Below, in pieces: positions 60,605-64,000 of a DNA stretch of 64,000 bases; positions within the stretch are counted from its first letter, which is position 1, and each line of letters begins with the position of its first letter. The DNA lies in the NCBI GenBank assembly GCA_951406725.2, contig OX597822.1, positions 114,204,001 to 114,268,000 on the forward strand, written 5' to 3'. The notes beneath the pieces were generated by a model that was not told the origin of the DNA, ran no database searches, and worked only from the letters and a program-made list of their open reading frames with translations. The position numbers and the translations under genes were made by a program. The DNA comes from Octopus vulgaris. Taxonomy: Eukaryota.

Positions 60605-61610
60605 TGTGTGTGTGAATATATATATATATATATATACATATATACACATATATATTATGTATATTTATGTATATATATATATATATATGACTGTGTGTGT
60701 GAATATATATTATATAATATATAAATAGATGCATATATATATACATGTATATCTATGTATATATATAGATGTATATGTATATATATATATATGTATGTAT
60801 GTACAGATGTATATGTATACATGTATATGTTTATATGTATATATGTATGTATATATATATATATGTAATGTAATATGTACACATGTATATATATATAAAT
60901 ACACATATATACATGCATAGATATATACACCCATGCACACATACATACACACAAAAATATATATACATAAGTGCAGGTGTGGCAGTGTGGTAACAAATTT
61001 GATTCCAAAACACAGGGTCCTGGGCTCAGTCCCACTGTGTGGTGAGTTGGCATGTGTCTTCTGTTATAGCCTGAGACCAACCAAAGCCTTGTCAGTGAAT
61101 TTTGTAGACAGAAACTGATATCCAGCAATCGTATATATATACACATACATATATATATTAAAAGCGAAGGTGACATACGAATGGGTATATATTTATAAAA
61201 TAGAAGTTTAAAAACGCCACTATATGAGATAAATTTTTATTTTCTTAGAGATATTACATGTATCGGTTCTTCTTGAAGAAACGAACCTCATCAAAAATAT
61301 TTTAATAAAATTAAGTGTAATAAAAAGTTCATAATTATTTCTTACTAGTCTCAACAAAGTCCACGTGGTGGTGTTTTGTGTGGGTGGGGAGTATACCGGC
61401 TGTCTTTTGAGTTGACTAGATTCGTTGGCTGTAATTTTTCACAATTACATCCAACGAATCTAGTCAACGCACAATAAGAACATGATACTTTGACAAGAAG
61501 AAACTGATAGAATCAGTACCAGACTTATCAAAATTTAAAAAAAGGCACAAGGCAGCGTCTCATATTTTTCTTTGCCCACTCAGTTGTATACATCTTTTTA
61601 TCTTTTTGTG

Positions 61611-61642
<32 letters not shown>

Positions 61643-61759
61643 TATTGTGTGTTTCTTAAATGGCTTATAAACACCTTCCACGCTGCAATTGTTTTCGTTT
61701 CAGCACACGATCTCAGATCAAATTACTTGCTATGCGAGTACATCTCCGTAATATATATA

Positions 61760-61850
<91 letters not shown>

Positions 61851-62399
61851 GCAGATGACGGATATTTAACCCAACACTCCCACTTTTCTTGTGAAATACG
61901 TAGAAATGTTTGGACATGATGATTCTAAAGACAAAAAAACCTTGTAAAATTCCAGTTAGTCAAGAGAAAAAATACCGTCGCCTTCCGATTTTAGGGTTTT
62001 CAACCAGGCTATCCACATGCTAGAAATAGAAGCCATATCTCACGCTAACTTTTTTTGGCACATACGCAGATACTCTTATTTGACATTACTCCAGTTCACT
62101 CAGCTGTTGAAATGAGTTGTGACATCACTGCGCCGAAGCTGTATCAGTCTTTGACTTGCCATTGGATAACATTGTTGGCATGGAGACGGTATTCTGTTGT
62201 GCAAGGGTGACTGCCGGTCATCCATAAACAAACTTGCCCGGATATGTACCTTGGTGGGGAACTTTCTAGGTGCAATCTCCTGGTCATTCATTACGAAAGA
62301 GGATCTACAAAAACCTGCACGATCCTCCCTCCTTCTATTAGATCGATCCTCTTATCCACTAGCGTGAAACGGATCCCCCCACCCCCGAGGATTTGTAGT

Positions 62400-62630
62400 T
62401 CTGCGACCTGCATGGCAACCTCATTAATCGGATAGAATGATAAAAGGCACTGAGCCCATGCTGTAAATTGGTTGATGTTAGGAAGGTCATCTAACCAGAA
62501 ATAGGAGACCAAAACAGACATTTGAGCGCAGTGCAGTCCTTGTATCCTATCCAGCCCATGCCAGAAAGGAACATGGACGTTAGATGATGATGACAATGAT
62601 GATGATGTTAAATACTCTGTTGATGATGAC
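62400..62630 (+). mobile_element. SINE/RTE-like 3' end with (GAT)n tail
   Basis: TTAGGAAGG.CATC...CCATGCCAG...GGACGTTAGATGATGATGA. Confidence 0.45.
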
Positions 62631-62689
62631 ATTCAAGGAAATGATGAACATGATTATAAGCAACTTAGAATTGTTTTGTATATGATTAT

Positions 62690-62778
<89 letters not shown>

Positions 62779-62843
62779 CTTTGATAGGTTTCGGCCATTA
62801 TTGGCCCAGGACATGTCTAACTTAATAGCACCACCTGGTGCTA
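62779..62843 (-). mobile_element. Extremely 5'-truncated copy (~62 bp) of the CR1 family at 4596-5506
   Basis: Reverse complement of CACCAGGTGGTGCTATTAAGTTAGACATG..GGCCAATAATGGCCGAAACCTATCAAAG, embedded in (TA)n. Confidence 0.9.
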
Positions 62844-62848
62844 TATAC

Positions 62849-62952
<104 letters not shown>

Positions 62953-62961
62953 TATATATAT

Positions 62962-62994
<33 letters not shown>

Positions 62995-63033
62995 GTATAT
63001 AGCACCAGGTGCTATAATCATGTTCATCATTTC

Positions 63034-63689
63034 CTGGTTTGCCATTAAAAAACGCCGAAACAATGCATTGTCAAAAGAAGAACAGGGTAAATGTTTTTTT
63101 AATTTTTCCTCTGATTTCGAAATTACTACTATTTGCGGTTAGAGCCCTGGCTGCTATTTCTAGTGGGTCGAACGGCCTATTGTAGCCGTTCCTCAATTGT
63201 TGTTGAATTTATTCATAGTCTCTGACTATTTCCTCTTTCTCACTAGACCGCTGGTGGCAAAATAATTTCTATTGAATTTTTTGCTACCCTAAATTGATTA
63301 ATTGATAATTCTCTGATTAATTCCGAAATTGAATCGGCAGTTTATATTTGCTGCCGATAAGTTGGCGCGAGTACGATGATTTGAAAATTTTAGGTCAGAT
63401 ATTACCTAGGCATAGATATAGCTGCCTCGTGTAATTTCTGTCCCTTCTGGTACCTTTACTGATTAGCGCGTTGGCCTTTTGGAAGATTGACTTGATTAGG
63501 TTCAATTTAATTTAATCAGGCTGGTTTGCCATTAAAAAACGCCGAAACAATGCATTGTCTAAAGAAGAACAGGGTAAATGCTTTTTTGATTTTTCCTCTG
63601 ATTTCGGAATTACTACTATTTGCGGTTGGAGCCCTGGCTGCTATTTCTAGTGGGTCGAACGGCCTATTGTAGCCGTTCCTCAATTGTTG

Positions 63690-63691
<2 letters not shown>
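63034..63691 (+). mobile_element. Penelope-like remnant with ~170 bp direct repeats and degenerate hammerhead
   Basis: 63034-63204 repeats at 63521-63691; hammerhead motif at 63454-63564. Confidence 0.7.
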
Positions 63692-63737
<46 letters not shown>

Positions 63738-63739
<2 letters not shown>

Positions 63740-64000
63740 AAATAGTATATTCTCCAACGGCTACTGTGAATCAGTCACCGTGCACAACAAAGCCAATGAC
63801 CTGACAGTAATTGGGCTCTATAGGCCGCGCCAAACACCCATACTGTGCTTTAAAGAATGCCTCAACAGCATTAAGTGCTTTATTCAACAGTGCCATTCTA
63901 GCAACCTACTCATGATGGGAGACTTCAATCTACCCTGTGTTGACTGGACTACAAACTGTTTGAAACCAAGCACTCCCGCCTCAACCGCTGACAAAGAAGC
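63738..64000 (+). mobile_element. CR1 LINE endonuclease region, 5'-truncated, runs off the window
   Basis: FSNGYCESV...GLYRP...MGDFNLPCVDW; homologous to 56880-57100; starts right after (TA)n. Confidence 0.88.

Overview
AT-rich, repeat-dense eukaryotic genomic DNA, most likely from a coleoid cephalopod such as Octopus. That assignment is inferred from the tRNA-Arg-type SINEs, a decayed tandem C2H2 zinc-finger array, and abundant CR1, Penelope and R4-Dong retroelements and microsatellites. The only host gene is a + strand adhesion GPCR reconstructed by hand from 15 GT-AG exons (7639-53430, all splice phases compatible, about 757 aa, signal-peptide exon not found). Its architecture is unusual: Ly6/uPAR three-finger (LU) domain - HRM - GAIN/GPS (HL|TSFALQM) - 7TM. 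Introns and flanks hold CR1-group LINEs inserted in (TA)n tracts (one near full length with a tandem CCCH zinc-finger ORF1), four mariners, two maT-like relics, an IR/DR Tc1, R4/Dong, RTE and Gypsy relics, SINE clusters and Penelope-like remnants. About nine type I hammerhead ribozyme motifs with minimal stem III are present, three with intact core sequences. All calls come from reading the sequence; no database searches were run.
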